A stretch of 64,000 nucleotides of DNA from Clostridiales bacterium. GTDB taxonomy: Bacteria > Bacillota > Clostridia > Saccharofermentanales > Saccharofermentanaceae. Made by a program: the position numbers and the translations under genes. The notes beneath the pieces are model-generated. The model saw only the letters and a program-made list of their open reading frames with translations, was not told where the DNA came from and ran no database searches. The stretch is from the NCBI GenBank assembly GCA_017513085.1, contig JAFWDK010000024.1, forward strand, positions 1-64,000, given 5' to 3'. This document shows, piece after piece, positions 53,059-63,042 of the stretch. How positions within the stretch are numbered: position 1 is the stretch's first letter; each line of letters opens with the position of its first letter.

Positions 53059-53088
53059 ATATTCAGGCCTTTTGTATGGGGGAATGAA

Positions 53089-53117
53089 TTGACAACCGTT
53101 TTTGTAAAAAATATAAT
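53089..53117 (+). promoter_or_regulatory. Consensus sigma-A promoter
   Basis: TTGACA-17-TATAAT. Confidence 0.8.
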
Positions 53118-53224
53118 AACGTTGTGATCTTTTTGAATAATTACGCTTTTTGTTAATTGGTCGGGGGGGATCAATTATTTGAAAAGTGATGAGACGTTTG
53201 AGTCTGATTATGGAGGCCCCCCCT

Positions 53225-55477
53225 ATGAAAAGTAATGGTAGTAAGCATTTGCTGACGGCTGCAATTGGTGTATTTGCGTCGGTCAGTATTTTTTTGTCCG
53301 CCTGGAATGGCTTAGGCAGTAAAGTTGCCGCGAATGGTGAAAAGAAAAACATTTCGATTGGCCCGGGAGTATTGGGATACTATATGAATACCAGCGATAC
53401 AGCTATGGTATATATGGGAAATTCCGATTATTCAGGCATGAGCTGGCTGGTTGTAGGAAATAACCAGCATGGTGTCGCTTCCGATTCCAACTATAGTTGC
53501 TTGACTCTCCTTGCGTATAAAAATATCGGAGAGTCATCTGCATTCGTTCAAGGCGGAATGAGTAATGCTTATAATGGTTCTGCATTGCAGACTTCTGTGA
53601 ATTCCATTTATGAAAATAGCTTTTCACCGGCTGAAAAGGCAGCTCTTTGTGCAAGACAGTTGCCATCCGGTCAGTTTTCTTCTGAATCTCCATATACCAA
53701 CGGAGTTTCAGGAACGGCAATATCTAATGCCAAGCTTTGGCCGCTTTCCTCACAAGAAGCTTATCAGCTTGACAGTTATCTTAGAAGAAACAGTAACAGC
53801 TACTGGCTAAGATCACCGGGACACTCTTCTCAGAAAGGTGCCGTGGTATCCAATGAGGGTGTGCTGGATTATCTTGGCCAGGACACGGCAATGAAATTAG
53901 GTGTTCGTCCTGCGATGAACGTTCAACATTCATCTGTTTTTCTGGTTTCAAGCAGTGTTGAAGGAAAACCGTCAGAAATTGTGAACGGGGCATTCTTCCC
54001 GGTAAATGAATTGCGCTACAATACATTTAAAATGACTTTTTTTGATTCGCAAAGACAAGGATTCAGCGCAGAACGTACGGACTACGGAAATGTGATGGCC
54101 GGTGACACTGTATCTATCCGTTTCAACAACGCGAAACTGTTAACCAGTAATACTGACGAACGGGTTTCGGTCATCCTGACTGACAACACGGGGGAGATCC
54201 TGTATTATGGAACTCTGGCGTACAGGAAACAGAGCGGCGAATCGAAGATGAGGATCCCGGAAGAGTTAACAAACGGGAAATATGTATTGAAAGTGTTTTC
54301 TGAACAGCGCAATGATTTTTGCCATTCTGATTATTCCTCAAATGTCGTGGATATTCCGATCACTGTGACTTCAGCTCCGAAAACACCTTTAAATGTTCAT
54401 GTAGTGGCAACATCGAATACATATGCCAGAGTATACTGGGATGGTGTCATGTATGCGGACGGATATGAAGTGAGCCGTGCCACATCTCCCGATGGACCTT
54501 ATACGGTTCTTGGTACTACTACGATAATCAGCCGTAGTTGCGGAAATCTGACCAGCGGTAGAAAGTATTACTTTAGAGTCCGTTCATATCGTTATATCGA
54601 CGGAGCGATATTCTATAGTGATTACAGTCCAGCGACGGAAATCGTTACTCCGTTCAAAGCACCTGCAAATGTGAAAGTTCAGGCTACTTCAAACACGTAT
54701 GCGAAAGTTTCATGGGATGCCGTGTCCCGTGCGTCCGGTTATGAAGTTTACCGTTCGTTGTCGGCATCGGCGCCTTTTACATTGCTTGGCACTGTAAGTG
54801 ATACAAGCAGAAGCTGCGGAAATCTTCCTAGTGGAAAGATGGTGCGTTTTAAGGTGCGCGCGTATGTTGATATAGACGGGAAGAGGTATTATGGTGATTT
54901 CAGCCAGGAAGTACGCGTTGTGACACCTCTTGTTGCGCCTTCCGGAATGCGTGCTCAGGCCACGTCGAATTCATATGCGCGAGTTTACTGGAATGAAGTT
55001 CCCGGCGCGACAGCGTATGAAGTTTACCGGTCCACATCTTTAAACGGTACTTATACTTTGCTTGGCTCCGTCAATGATCTGAGCCGCAGTTGCGGAAACC
55101 TGACAAGCGGGAAGAAGTATTATTTCAAAGTCCGCGCATATGTTTCCATTCAAGGTCAAAACTATTATGGTTCTTTCAGTACGCCGGTGAGTGTCATTAC
55201 GCCACTTGCTACTCCGACCGGATTGAAGGCCCAGGCTACATCGGCTACGTATGCCAGACTTTCCTGGAATACTGTGACAGGTGCGGCCGGATATGAGGTC
55301 TATCGCTCCACTTCGGCAACAGGGAACTATACTTTGCTTGGCACGGTTGATACGAATAGCAGAAGCTGCGGAAATCTGACCGCGTCAAAGTACTATTTTA
55401 AAGTACGCGCGTACTCGATCGTAGATGGTCAGAAATTCTATGGCGATTATAGTACTGTATTGACGTATCAGCCGTGA
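53225..55477 (+). CDS. Secreted protein with DUF6273-like domain and four C-terminal FN3 repeats
   Basis: Signal peptide; YWLRSPG...GVRPA; four repeats W..V..A.GYEV.R...SRSCGNL..Y.F.VRAY; GGAGG RBS before ATG 53225. Confidence 0.8.
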   Translation: MKSNGSKHLLTAAIGVFASVSIFLSAWNGLGSKVAANGEKKNISIGPGVLGYYMNTSDTAMVYMGNSDYSGMSWLVVGNNQHGVASDSNYSCLTLLAYKNIGESSAFVQGGMSNAYNGSALQTSVNSIYENSFSPAEKAALCARQLPSGQFSSESPYTNGVSGTAISNAKLWPLSSQEAYQLDSYLRRNSNSYWLRSPGHSSQKGAVVSNEGVLDYLGQDTAMKLGVRPAMNVQHSSVFLVSSSVEGKPSEIVNGAFFPVNELRYNTFKMTFFDSQRQGFSAERTDYGNVMAGDTVSIRFNNAKLLTSNTDERVSVILTDNTGEILYYGTLAYRKQSGESKMRIPEELTNGKYVLKVFSEQRNDFCHSDYSSNVVDIPITVTSAPKTPLNVHVVATSNTYARVYWDGVMYADGYEVSRATSPDGPYTVLGTTTIISRSCGNLTSGRKYYFRVRSYRYIDGAIFYSDYSPATEIVTPFKAPANVKVQATSNTYAKVSWDAVSRASGYEVYRSLSASAPFTLLGTVSDTSRSCGNLPSGKMVRFKVRAYVDIDGKRYYGDFSQEVRVVTPLVAPSGMRAQATSNSYARVYWNEVPGATAYEVYRSTSLNGTYTLLGSVNDLSRSCGNLTSGKKYYFKVRAYVSIQGQNYYGSFSTPVSVITPLATPTGLKAQATSATYARLSWNTVTGAAGYEVYRSTSATGNYTLLGTVDTNSRSCGNLTASKYYFKVRAYSIVDGQKFYGDYSTVLTYQP

Positions 55478-55510
55478 AAAAAGAATTTTGATATATCTTA
55501 ACATTTTTAC

Positions 55511-55539
55511 TTGCACAATCATAAACACTAAAGTAAAAT
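55511..55539 (+). promoter_or_regulatory. Sigma-A promoter of the efp cluster
   Basis: TTGCAC-17-TAAAAT. Confidence 0.6.
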
Positions 55540-55593
55540 ATTATAGCGTTATTAAGATTAAGTATTTTATTAGTATATTTCGGAGGAAATTTT

Positions 55594-56151
55594 ATGATTA
55601 GCGCTGGTGATTTTAGAAATGGTATGTGCTTTGAGATGGACGGACAGGTTTTTCAGGTTGTTGAGTTCCAGCATGTAAAGCCTGGTAAGGGTGCCGCTTT
55701 TGTACGTACAAAGTACAAGAACGTAAAGACAGGATCCGTTGTTGAGAGAAGCTTCAACCCTAACGAGAAGTTTGAACAGGCACAGCTCGAGCGCAATGAT
55801 ATGCAGTATATCTATGCAGATGGTGATCTTTACTACTTCATGGATCAGGAGACCTATGAGCAGCGTCCGATTTCTAAAGAGAACATCGGTGATAACATCC
55901 GTTTCCTCAAGGAAGAGATGGTTTGTAAGGTTCTTTCCTATAAGGGTGAGATCTTCGGTGTTGAACTTCCGATCGTTGTTGAGCTCGAAATCACTGAGTG
56001 CGAACCTGGTGTTCGTGGTGATACGACAAACAATGCTACGAAGATCGCTACTCTGGAGACCGGTGCTACCGTTAAGGTTCCGTTGTTCGTGAACCAGAAC
56101 GAAATTATCCGTGTTGATACTCGTACAGGTGAATATCTGGAGCGTGCATAA
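55594..56151 (+). CDS. efp: Elongation factor P
   Basis: [31 protein letters not shown]. Confidence 0.98.
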   Translation: MISAGDFRNGMCFEMDGQVFQVVEFQHVKPGKGAAFVRTKYKNVKTGSVVERSFNPNEKFEQAQLERNDMQYIYADGDLYYFMDQETYEQRPISKENIGDNIRFLKEEMVCKVLSYKGEIFGVELPIVVELEITECEPGVRGDTTNNATKIATLETGATVKVPLFVNQNEIIRVDTRTGEYLERA

Positions 56152-56193
56152 TTTCACGTTCTGATTTCACTTCGAGAAGAGGGAATTCACAAA

Positions 56194-56574
56194 ATGGGTG
56201 AGAATCTCGTATCGGAATCAATCAAAGGCGAACGCTCGATGTCGCAAGGCTTTGTTGCTCAGTATGCAGCAGAAGCCGCCTTGCGTACGGAGGGCGTTGC
56301 TCGTCTTACGGCTTCTGTACCTGTTGTGCTTAAGGAATCCTTGGGTTTTGTGCATGAAGGAAAAGGTGTTCGAGTTGAGTTTTCCGAGAATGAAGAGGGT
56401 TTTGTTTCTGTCACTGTTTATCCGATCGTCTATTATGGTATGATTATTCCAGAGATAGCCTGGTCGATCCAGGAGAGAGTAAAAGAAGATGTTGAGAAGT
56501 TTACAGGCCTCGTTGTGGAGTCTGTGAACGTTCATGTTTGTGGCGTGGTTTTGAAGGAGGAGTCTGGTTCATGA
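56194..56574 (+). CDS. Asp23/Gls24 family protein
   Basis: KGVRV, YG..IPEIA..IQE.V...TGL.V..VNVHV. Confidence 0.88.
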   Translation: MGENLVSESIKGERSMSQGFVAQYAAEAALRTEGVARLTASVPVVLKESLGFVHEGKGVRVEFSENEEGFVSVTVYPIVYYGMIIPEIAWSIQERVKEDVEKFTGLVVESVNVHVCGVVLKEESGS

Positions 56575-57122
56575 ACCGATTGATCCGATTTGTTCTGATC
56601 GTTTATTCGACATTGTTGGCAGTACTTTCTCTGCTTTTGCTTTATGCTTTGCTCGATGATGGTATTTTTGCCGATCTCCTTGGCCCGCTTTCCAGCATTG
56701 TTATGGATCCGTATAAGAAATACATCTATCTTGCCGTGCTTCTGATTCTTCTGATCTCTTGTGTCATCACGGTTACCTACTGCCTTTTGAACGGCAGATT
56801 GAGCAAGACACGAATCCGTCAGACAGAGATCGGTTTTGTAGAGATCGGTGTGGATGCGATCGAGAGTATTGCTTTGAACTCGGCCAAGAGCGCGCAGGTT
56901 GGCATCAAGACTGCCCGTGCCCGTGTTTCTTCGGCTAAGAATAATTCTATACGTGTATATTTGAGCGCAGTTTTGTATTCCAATGTGGAAGTTCCGTCGA
57001 CTATGGCGAAGGTTCAGGAGCGCATTAAGAAAGATATCGAAAAGTATACCGGTATCACAGTTCAGAATGTTTCCGTCAAGGTAAGTCGTGTTGAACCTGT
57101 AGTGGCGAAGGTGGAGCGCTAA
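56571..57122 (+). CDS. amaP: Alkaline shock response membrane anchor AmaP
   Basis: Two TMs plus Asp23-like C-terminus, between asp23 and DUF2273; ATGA overlap. Confidence 0.8.
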   Translation: MNRLIRFVLIVYSTLLAVLSLLLLYALLDDGIFADLLGPLSSIVMDPYKKYIYLAVLLILLISCVITVTYCLLNGRLSKTRIRQTEIGFVEIGVDAIESIALNSAKSAQVGIKTARARVSSAKNNSIRVYLSAVLYSNVEVPSTMAKVQERIKKDIEKYTGITVQNVSVKVSRVEPVVAKVER

Positions 57123-57125
57123 GTA

Positions 57126-57362
57126 ATGAGATCACTTATCGTCAAAATCTTTGATATGCTGAAAGACAAGAATTCGGGCAAGATCGGTGCCGCGATTGCA
57201 TTTGTTTTTGCCATTTTTCTTGTGATCTTCGGTTTCTTCAAAACTTTGTTCATTATCATCCTGACGATCGTCGGGTATGTGGTGGGAGCGCTTTTGTTTT
57301 CCGATAGAGATAAGATTAAGGACTGGATGGATAAGATCCTTCCACCCGGGAGGTTTAGATGA
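57126..57362 (+). CDS. DUF2273 small membrane protein
   Basis: GKIGA...GFFKTLFI...GY..G; conserved position before nusB. Confidence 0.8.
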   Translation: MRSLIVKIFDMLKDKNSGKIGAAIAFVFAIFLVIFGFFKTLFIIILTIVGYVVGALLFSDRDKIKDWMDKILPPGRFR

Positions 57363-57769
57363 GTAGAAGAGAAGCCCGTGATGCGGCATTAGCTTTTTTG
57401 TTCCAGTTGGATTTCCGTAAGGAGCCGATTTCCGAACAGCGTGAATTATATTTGCAGGGGCATCCTCTTGATGATGAAGATGTTCCGTTTTTCGATGCTT
57501 TGGTAAATGGCGTCTGTGAAAAACGAGACGAGCTGGATACGGTTTATTCCAAGTATTTGAAAGATTGGAAACAGGATCGTCTTCCGAAAGTCGATGTTGT
57601 GATTTTACGTATTTCTGTGTTTGAGATGCTGTACATGGAAGATGTACCAATCAATGTTTCGATCAGCGAAGCCGTTATTCTTACTAAGAAATACAGTTCC
57701 GAAGAATCAAAAGGATATGTTAATGCTATCCTTGGTAAAGTCGGAAAAGAACTAGAAAATAATGGATAA
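57359..57769 (+). CDS. nusB: Transcription antitermination factor NusB
   Basis: SRREAR, W..DRL..VD..ILR, EAV.L.KKY, YVNAILG. Confidence 0.95.
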   Translation: MSRREARDAALAFLFQLDFRKEPISEQRELYLQGHPLDDEDVPFFDALVNGVCEKRDELDTVYSKYLKDWKQDRLPKVDVVILRISVFEMLYMEDVPINVSISEAVILTKKYSSEESKGYVNAILGKVGKELENNG

Positions 57770-58973
57770 TGCGGTTTTCTCGGTATCTGATCTGAATGAG
57801 TACGTAAGCACATTGTTATCTTCAGACAATGTGCTTTGTCAGTTGTGTGTCAAAGGTGAGATCTCGGGCTATAAGCGCTATCCTTCCGGACATGCGTACT
57901 TTCAGTTAAAGGATGAAAGAGCCGCTGTCAGTTGTGTGATATTTAAAGGAAATTTCCAACGTTTGGCTTTTGCGCCGGAAAACGGAATGAAAGTATTGCT
58001 TTTTGGCCGTGCTGCGCTTTATGGTGTGGATGGTAAGTTTCAGATCATCGGATCATTTATGCAGGAAGAAGGTCAGGGAGAGCTTTTTAAGCAGTTTGAA
58101 CTTCTCAAACAGAAAATGATGGCGGATGGTTTGTTCGATGCTGAACATAAGAAACCGATCCCGTTTTTGCCGAGACGCATAGGCGTAGTTTCATCGCCCA
58201 AGGGTGCCGTGATCCAGGACATCATTAACGTTTTGACGAGACGTTTCCCGAATTTTGATCTGCTTTTATATCCTTCCGCCGTGCAAGGGAAAGAGGCTTC
58301 GGCAGAACTTATCCGCGGAATACGGACTCTTGATGCTCGTGAAGATATTGATGTGATCATCGTTGCCCGTGGCGGAGGTTCGATGGAAGATCTATGGTGT
58401 TTTAACGATGAAGCTTTGGGGCGGACGATCTACGAGGCAAATACTCCAATCATTTCTGCGGTCGGTCATGAGACGGATTACACGATCTGTGATTTTTGCG
58501 CGGATCTTCGGGCACCGACACCATCTGCAGCAGCTGAACTGGTCATGCCGAATAAAGAAGATGTTCTTCAGCGTTTGCTCAAACTTCGTTCCGATCTAAA
58601 GAGCGCTACGTCGCAAATGCTCAGGATGAAGAGTCATAAACTTGATCTTCTTTCTCAGCATCGTGCATTGATGCTTCCTTCGGTCCGGATTCAAAATGAA
58701 CTCCAGCGTTGCGACCAGATGACCGAGAAGATGAAGGCAGGATTAGAACGTAAACTGTCGTTTTATCGGGAAGGATTATCCTCGGATCTGGCCAAGATCG
58801 AAGCATTGAATCCTATGAGCGTTTTGTTGAGAGGATACTCGTATGTTACGGATGAACGATCCAAAACCGTGGATTCGGTAAATTGTGTTAATATAGATGA
58901 AACGATCACTATCCATGTGGCGGATGGTGTTTTGGGCGCCAAGGTGGTCTCCAAGAAAGAAAAAGAGGGTTGA
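57762..58973 (+). CDS. xseA: Exodeoxyribonuclease VII large subunit
   Basis: GEIS, SGHAYF, RGGGS.EDL, SAVGHETD, TPSAAAE. Confidence 0.96.
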   Translation: MDNAVFSVSDLNEYVSTLLSSDNVLCQLCVKGEISGYKRYPSGHAYFQLKDERAAVSCVIFKGNFQRLAFAPENGMKVLLFGRAALYGVDGKFQIIGSFMQEEGQGELFKQFELLKQKMMADGLFDAEHKKPIPFLPRRIGVVSSPKGAVIQDIINVLTRRFPNFDLLLYPSAVQGKEASAELIRGIRTLDAREDIDVIIVARGGGSMEDLWCFNDEALGRTIYEANTPIISAVGHETDYTICDFCADLRAPTPSAAAELVMPNKEDVLQRLLKLRSDLKSATSQMLRMKSHKLDLLSQHRALMLPSVRIQNELQRCDQMTEKMKAGLERKLSFYREGLSSDLAKIEALNPMSVLLRGYSYVTDERSKTVDSVNCVNIDETITIHVADGVLGAKVVSKKEKEG

Positions 58974-58975
58974 AA

Positions 58976-59197
58976 ATGGCTGATAATGTAAATGATATGT
59001 CTTATGAAGAGGCGGTAAAAGAACTGGAATCTATCATTTCCAAGCTGGAGTCGGGCGAGGCTTCTCTGGATGATTCCATTAAAATGTATTCACGAGGTAT
59101 GGAGCTTTCCAAGTTCTGTAAAGATAAATTGGATTCGATCGTTAAGAAGATCAGTATTCTTTCTGATGACGGTTCCGGTGAGTCGGATTTTTCCTGA
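58976..59197 (+). CDS. xseB: Exodeoxyribonuclease VII small subunit
   Basis: SYEEA..ELE.I...LE.G..SLD; follows xseA. Confidence 0.93.
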   Translation: MADNVNDMSYEEAVKELESIISKLESGEASLDDSIKMYSRGMELSKFCKDKLDSIVKKISILSDDGSGESDFS

Positions 59198-59212
59198 GGG
59201 TTGAGGTGAAAT

Positions 59213-60115
59213 ATGGCCAGTAATATAACCGTCAGTATGAAAAAGTATCAAGAACGTCTTGAAAGCAAACTCCCGGAAGTTTTCCCCAAAAAACTGGGTG
59301 ATGATCCGACTGTTGTGGCATCGCTTTACAGTCTGCTTGCAGGTGGAAAAAGGATCCGTCCTGTTCTGATGTATATGTTTGCCGACATGCTTAATTTGGA
59401 TCTTGATGTGGTCGATGATTTTGCAGTGGCAATCGAAATGATCCATACTTATTCTTTGATCCATGATGATCTGCCTTGTATGGATGATGATACGCTTCGC
59501 CGTGGTAAGCCCACATGTCATGTGGCAAACGGAGAGAATTTCGCGCTCCTGGCCGGAGATGCTCTTCTGAATCGAGCGTATGAGATTATTTTCGGTGCAG
59601 TCAAAAAGCGTTCTTATACGATCCAGGCAGCCTGGTTTCTGGCTGATTGTGCCGGTATTAACGGTATGATCGGAGGGCAGAGCATTGATTTGGCCTCGGA
59701 AGGAAAGAAGATCGATACGAATAAACTTTGTGAACTGCATGAGAAAAAAACTGGTGCGTTGATTAATGCGGCATGCCTGATTCCGTATTATATTTATGAA
59801 GCACAGAACGGTGAAGATAAGAAATTGAATAACCTTATCAAGTCCTTTTCGCAAGGGACCGGACTCGGCTTTCAGATTAAAGATGATCTTCTTGATGTGC
59901 AGGCAGATGAATCTGTTCTCGGCAAGTCTATCGGTAAAGACCAGCGTGATGAAAAATCCACTTTTGTTACGCTCTTCGGTGAAACCAATGCACAAAAAAT
60001 GCTTGATGACACATATAAAGATGTTTTCCGGGCTTTGGACGGATTGAAAACGATGGGTTATGACGTGCAGGATCTGCGTCTTTTGAGCGAACTTTTGCAG
60101 AACCGTATCCAGTGA
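59213..60115 (+). CDS. ispA: Farnesyl diphosphate synthase / polyprenyl synthetase
   Basis: GGKRIRP, SLIHDDLPCMD, RRG, KTG, FQIKDD. Confidence 0.95.
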   Translation: MASNITVSMKKYQERLESKLPEVFPKKLGDDPTVVASLYSLLAGGKRIRPVLMYMFADMLNLDLDVVDDFAVAIEMIHTYSLIHDDLPCMDDDTLRRGKPTCHVANGENFALLAGDALLNRAYEIIFGAVKKRSYTIQAAWFLADCAGINGMIGGQSIDLASEGKKIDTNKLCELHEKKTGALINAACLIPYYIYEAQNGEDKKLNNLIKSFSQGTGLGFQIKDDLLDVQADESVLGKSIGKDQRDEKSTFVTLFGETNAQKMLDDTYKDVFRALDGLKTMGYDVQDLRLLSELLQNRIQ

Positions 60116-60127
60116 GTGTGAGAACAT

Positions 60128-62005
60128 ATGAATGAGCACCCGATCCTAGACCAGATCCAAAAGCCGTCAGATGTTGCGGCACTCAGTTTCGAAGATTCCA
60201 AAAAACTTGCAGAGGAACTTCGGGATGTTATTGTTGACCGCGTTTCGCAAAATGGTGGCCATCTGGCATCGAGCCTAGGTGTTGTCGATCTGACGATTGC
60301 GCTTTTGTCTGAGTTTGATCCGCCTCACGATCAGATCGTCTGGGACGTGGGACATCAGGCATATGCTTATAAGCTTCTTACCGGAAGAAAAGATCAGTTT
60401 CATACACTGCGCAAATACGGTGGCATAGCCGGTTTCCCGAAACAAAGCGAGAGCATCTATGATGCTTTCGGCGTCGGACATAGCAGCACATCTGTTTCAG
60501 CGGCGCTTGGACTTTTACGTGCCAAGAAGCTGAAAGGGGATGACGGTCATGTGGTTGCTATCATCGGTGATGGAGCCATGACAGGCGGCATGGCTTTTGA
60601 AGGATTAAATGATACCGGACACTTTAGTGAAAATCTTACTGTTATCCTCAACGATAATCAGATGTCTATTGATAAAAACGTCGGTGGTCTTTCCCGTGCT
60701 TTGGCTGAACTTCGTTCGTCCAAAGAATATATCAAAGTGAAAAGCCGGGTCGAGAGGTTCCTTCTTGCGATCCCTTTGATCGGCCGCCCGATTGCCCGTT
60801 TTATCCGTATGATCAAAACATGGTTCCGTCTTTTTATCCGACGCAATGTTCCGGTTATCTTCGAGGATTTGGGATTTCAATATTTCGGACCATTTGACGG
60901 TCATAATATTGCGCTTCTGAAGAAGAAACTGGAGATTTCAAAGGAGATCAACGGTCCGGTTCTGATCCATATCGTTACAAAGAAGGGAAAAGGCTTCCCT
61001 AAGGCAGAAGAAAATCCTTCTGCATATCACGGTGTGTCTGCATTCGACAAGGAAAAAGGTGTGGTACCTTCTAATAAGATGACTTTCACCAAGTGCTTTT
61101 CTGCTTCTATGGTCCGTATCGGGCAGAAGTATGAGAACGTTGTGGCTATATGCGCTGCGATGATGACCAGTACTGGCCTTTCCGAGTTCAGAAAGCATAT
61201 GAAACTCCGTTTCTTTGATGTTGGTATTGCGGAGGAACATGCGGTTACCATGGCTGCCGGCATGGCGACAAATGGCTTTGTTCCGGTTGTTGCACTGTAT
61301 TCGACTTTTGCCCAGCGTGCTTATGATCAGATGCTTCATGATGTATGCCTTCAGGATCTGCATATGGTACTGGCTCTTGATCGAGCCGGCATCGTTGGTG
61401 CAGACGGTATGACGCATCAAGGTATATACGATATTTCCATGATGCTTTCCATGCCCAATGTTACTCTCCTGTCGCCTTGTAATTTTTCAGAACTGGATCG
61501 GATGCTGGAATGGGCGGTGGCAGAAGGAACCGGCCTGATCGCTGTTCGATATCCTCGTGGTGGCCAAAGCACTGTCCTTGAAGATATCCCTTCTTCGGAA
61601 GGGATCGCGCCACGCATCCTGCGAGATGGAAAAGAAGTGGCGATCCTTTCCCTGGGTGTTATGGCCGAGCAGGCTCTTTGTGCGGCAAAAGCACTTGAGG
61701 ATAAGGGCATTTTCTGCCGTGTGATCGATATCCGTTGTGTGAAACCGCTTGATATCGACACTTTGTCTGAGCTTTTACACGATGTGACTTCTATCGTTAC
61801 CATAGAAGACGGCATCGTACACGCCGGCTTCGGTACATATCTTCTTTCTGTTCTGGAAAAGAAGGGCATGCTCTCTTCTTTCAGGAATTTTGTCAGCCTT
61901 GGTGTTTCCGATCAGCCTCTTACTGCAGGTGATCGTAAGACGCTTCTTGAAAAAGAACATATGGATGAAAATGCTATCATAGAGACTGTTCTCTCAATGA
62001 AATAA
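60128..62005 (+). CDS. dxs: 1-deoxy-D-xylulose-5-phosphate synthase
   Basis: GGHLASSLG, WDVGHQ, GDGAMTGG, DVGIAE, DRAG. Confidence 0.97.
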   Translation: MNEHPILDQIQKPSDVAALSFEDSKKLAEELRDVIVDRVSQNGGHLASSLGVVDLTIALLSEFDPPHDQIVWDVGHQAYAYKLLTGRKDQFHTLRKYGGIAGFPKQSESIYDAFGVGHSSTSVSAALGLLRAKKLKGDDGHVVAIIGDGAMTGGMAFEGLNDTGHFSENLTVILNDNQMSIDKNVGGLSRALAELRSSKEYIKVKSRVERFLLAIPLIGRPIARFIRMIKTWFRLFIRRNVPVIFEDLGFQYFGPFDGHNIALLKKKLEISKEINGPVLIHIVTKKGKGFPKAEENPSAYHGVSAFDKEKGVVPSNKMTFTKCFSASMVRIGQKYENVVAICAAMMTSTGLSEFRKHMKLRFFDVGIAEEHAVTMAAGMATNGFVPVVALYSTFAQRAYDQMLHDVCLQDLHMVLALDRAGIVGADGMTHQGIYDISMMLSMPNVTLLSPCNFSELDRMLEWAVAEGTGLIAVRYPRGGQSTVLEDIPSSEGIAPRILRDGKEVAILSLGVMAEQALCAAKALEDKGIFCRVIDIRCVKPLDIDTLSELLHDVTSIVTIEDGIVHAGFGTYLLSVLEKKGMLSSFRNFVSLGVSDQPLTAGDRKTLLEKEHMDENAIIETVLSMK

Positions 62006-62107
62006 ATGTTTCCCGATCTCAACAGTTTTTTCTTTGCTGCCTTTTTCCAAATTACGTAGTTTTTCGACAAAAGTGTGAGAATTCGTCAATAAATGTAGAT
62101 TTATTAT

Positions 62108-62145
62108 GATGCATAAATACAAAATAATCTGTATAATTAGTACGG
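62108..62145. promoter_or_regulatory. Possible tandem ARG boxes overlapping the nadK-argR promoter
   Basis: TGCATAA at 62110 and TGTATAA at 62130 (20-bp period); TATAAT at 62132. Confidence 0.45.
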
Positions 62146-62166
62146 ATATGAAGGAGGCTTTCCATC

Positions 62167-63042
62167 ATGAGGTTTGGTATCGTAGTAAATGAAGATAAAG
62201 ATCCGGGTTATGCTTTTGCCAAGCATGCCGTGGAAGTTTTGCGTTCTCGTGATTGTGAAGCCGTCCTTGCTCCTGAATATATGGATACGGATCTGGCTCT
62301 GACGGATGGAGTCGTTATAGATGATTACGCTACATGCGATATGCTTTTTTCAATGGGTGGCGATGGAACTTTCCTTCGCACCGTGCATAAGTTCTTGAAT
62401 GAGAGCATCCCGATCATTGGCGTGAATCTTGGAAGTATCGGTTTTTTGACAGAGATACAGAAGGAGGATTTCGAGGATGCGGTCGATCGTCTTTTAGATG
62501 GCCGTTATACTTTGGAAGCCCGTTCCCAGTTAGATGTCACGCTTTGCTCGGAAGATGGTACGGTCAAAGAACATGGTCTGTGTCTGAATGATGCGGTAAT
62601 CGCGCGGGGAGCCAATATGCATGTCGTAAATCTTGATCTTCTGATCGATCATGACTACGTTGAGCGTCTTTCAGGGGATGGTGTGATCCTATCTACCGCT
62701 ATGGGTTCTACAGCATATTGTCTTGCAGCAGGTGGACCGATCGTAAAGCCTGAACTTGATGTTTTTATGGTTACACCGATCTGCCCGCACACTCTTCATA
62801 ACAGGAGTTACGTTGTTTCAGGAGATAGCGTGATCGAGATCACCATTGATCGATTCTCAGATGCTCCGATCCTTTCTTTGGACGGACGTCCGAATATTAT
62901 GCTTGAATATCACGACCGTATCGTGCTCAAGAAATCTGTGACACCGGTCGTTGTTGCTAAGATCGGTTATAAGAATTTCTATCAGACAGTAAGACAGAAG
63001 ATCCGAGCGAGAGGTAGTTTCTATGAAGATGGCGAAAAATGA
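62167..63042 (+). CDS. nadK: NAD kinase
   Basis: GGDGT, GVNLG.IGFL, LND, DG...ST..GSTAY..AAGGP. Confidence 0.95.
   Translation: MRFGIVVNEDKDPGYAFAKHAVEVLRSRDCEAVLAPEYMDTDLALTDGVVIDDYATCDMLFSMGGDGTFLRTVHKFLNESIPIIGVNLGSIGFLTEIQKEDFEDAVDRLLDGRYTLEARSQLDVTLCSEDGTVKEHGLCLNDAVIARGANMHVVNLDLLIDHDYVERLSGDGVILSTAMGSTAYCLAAGGPIVKPELDVFMVTPICPHTLHNRSYVVSGDSVIEITIDRFSDAPILSLDGRPNIMLEYHDRIVLKKSVTPVVVAKIGYKNFYQTVRQKIRARGSFYEDGEK

Noticed and set aside
53801-53914. WLRSPG...GVRPA segment as a diversity-generating retroelement target
   Set aside because: No reverse transcriptase or template repeat in the window; a remote DGR cannot be excluded without a genome search
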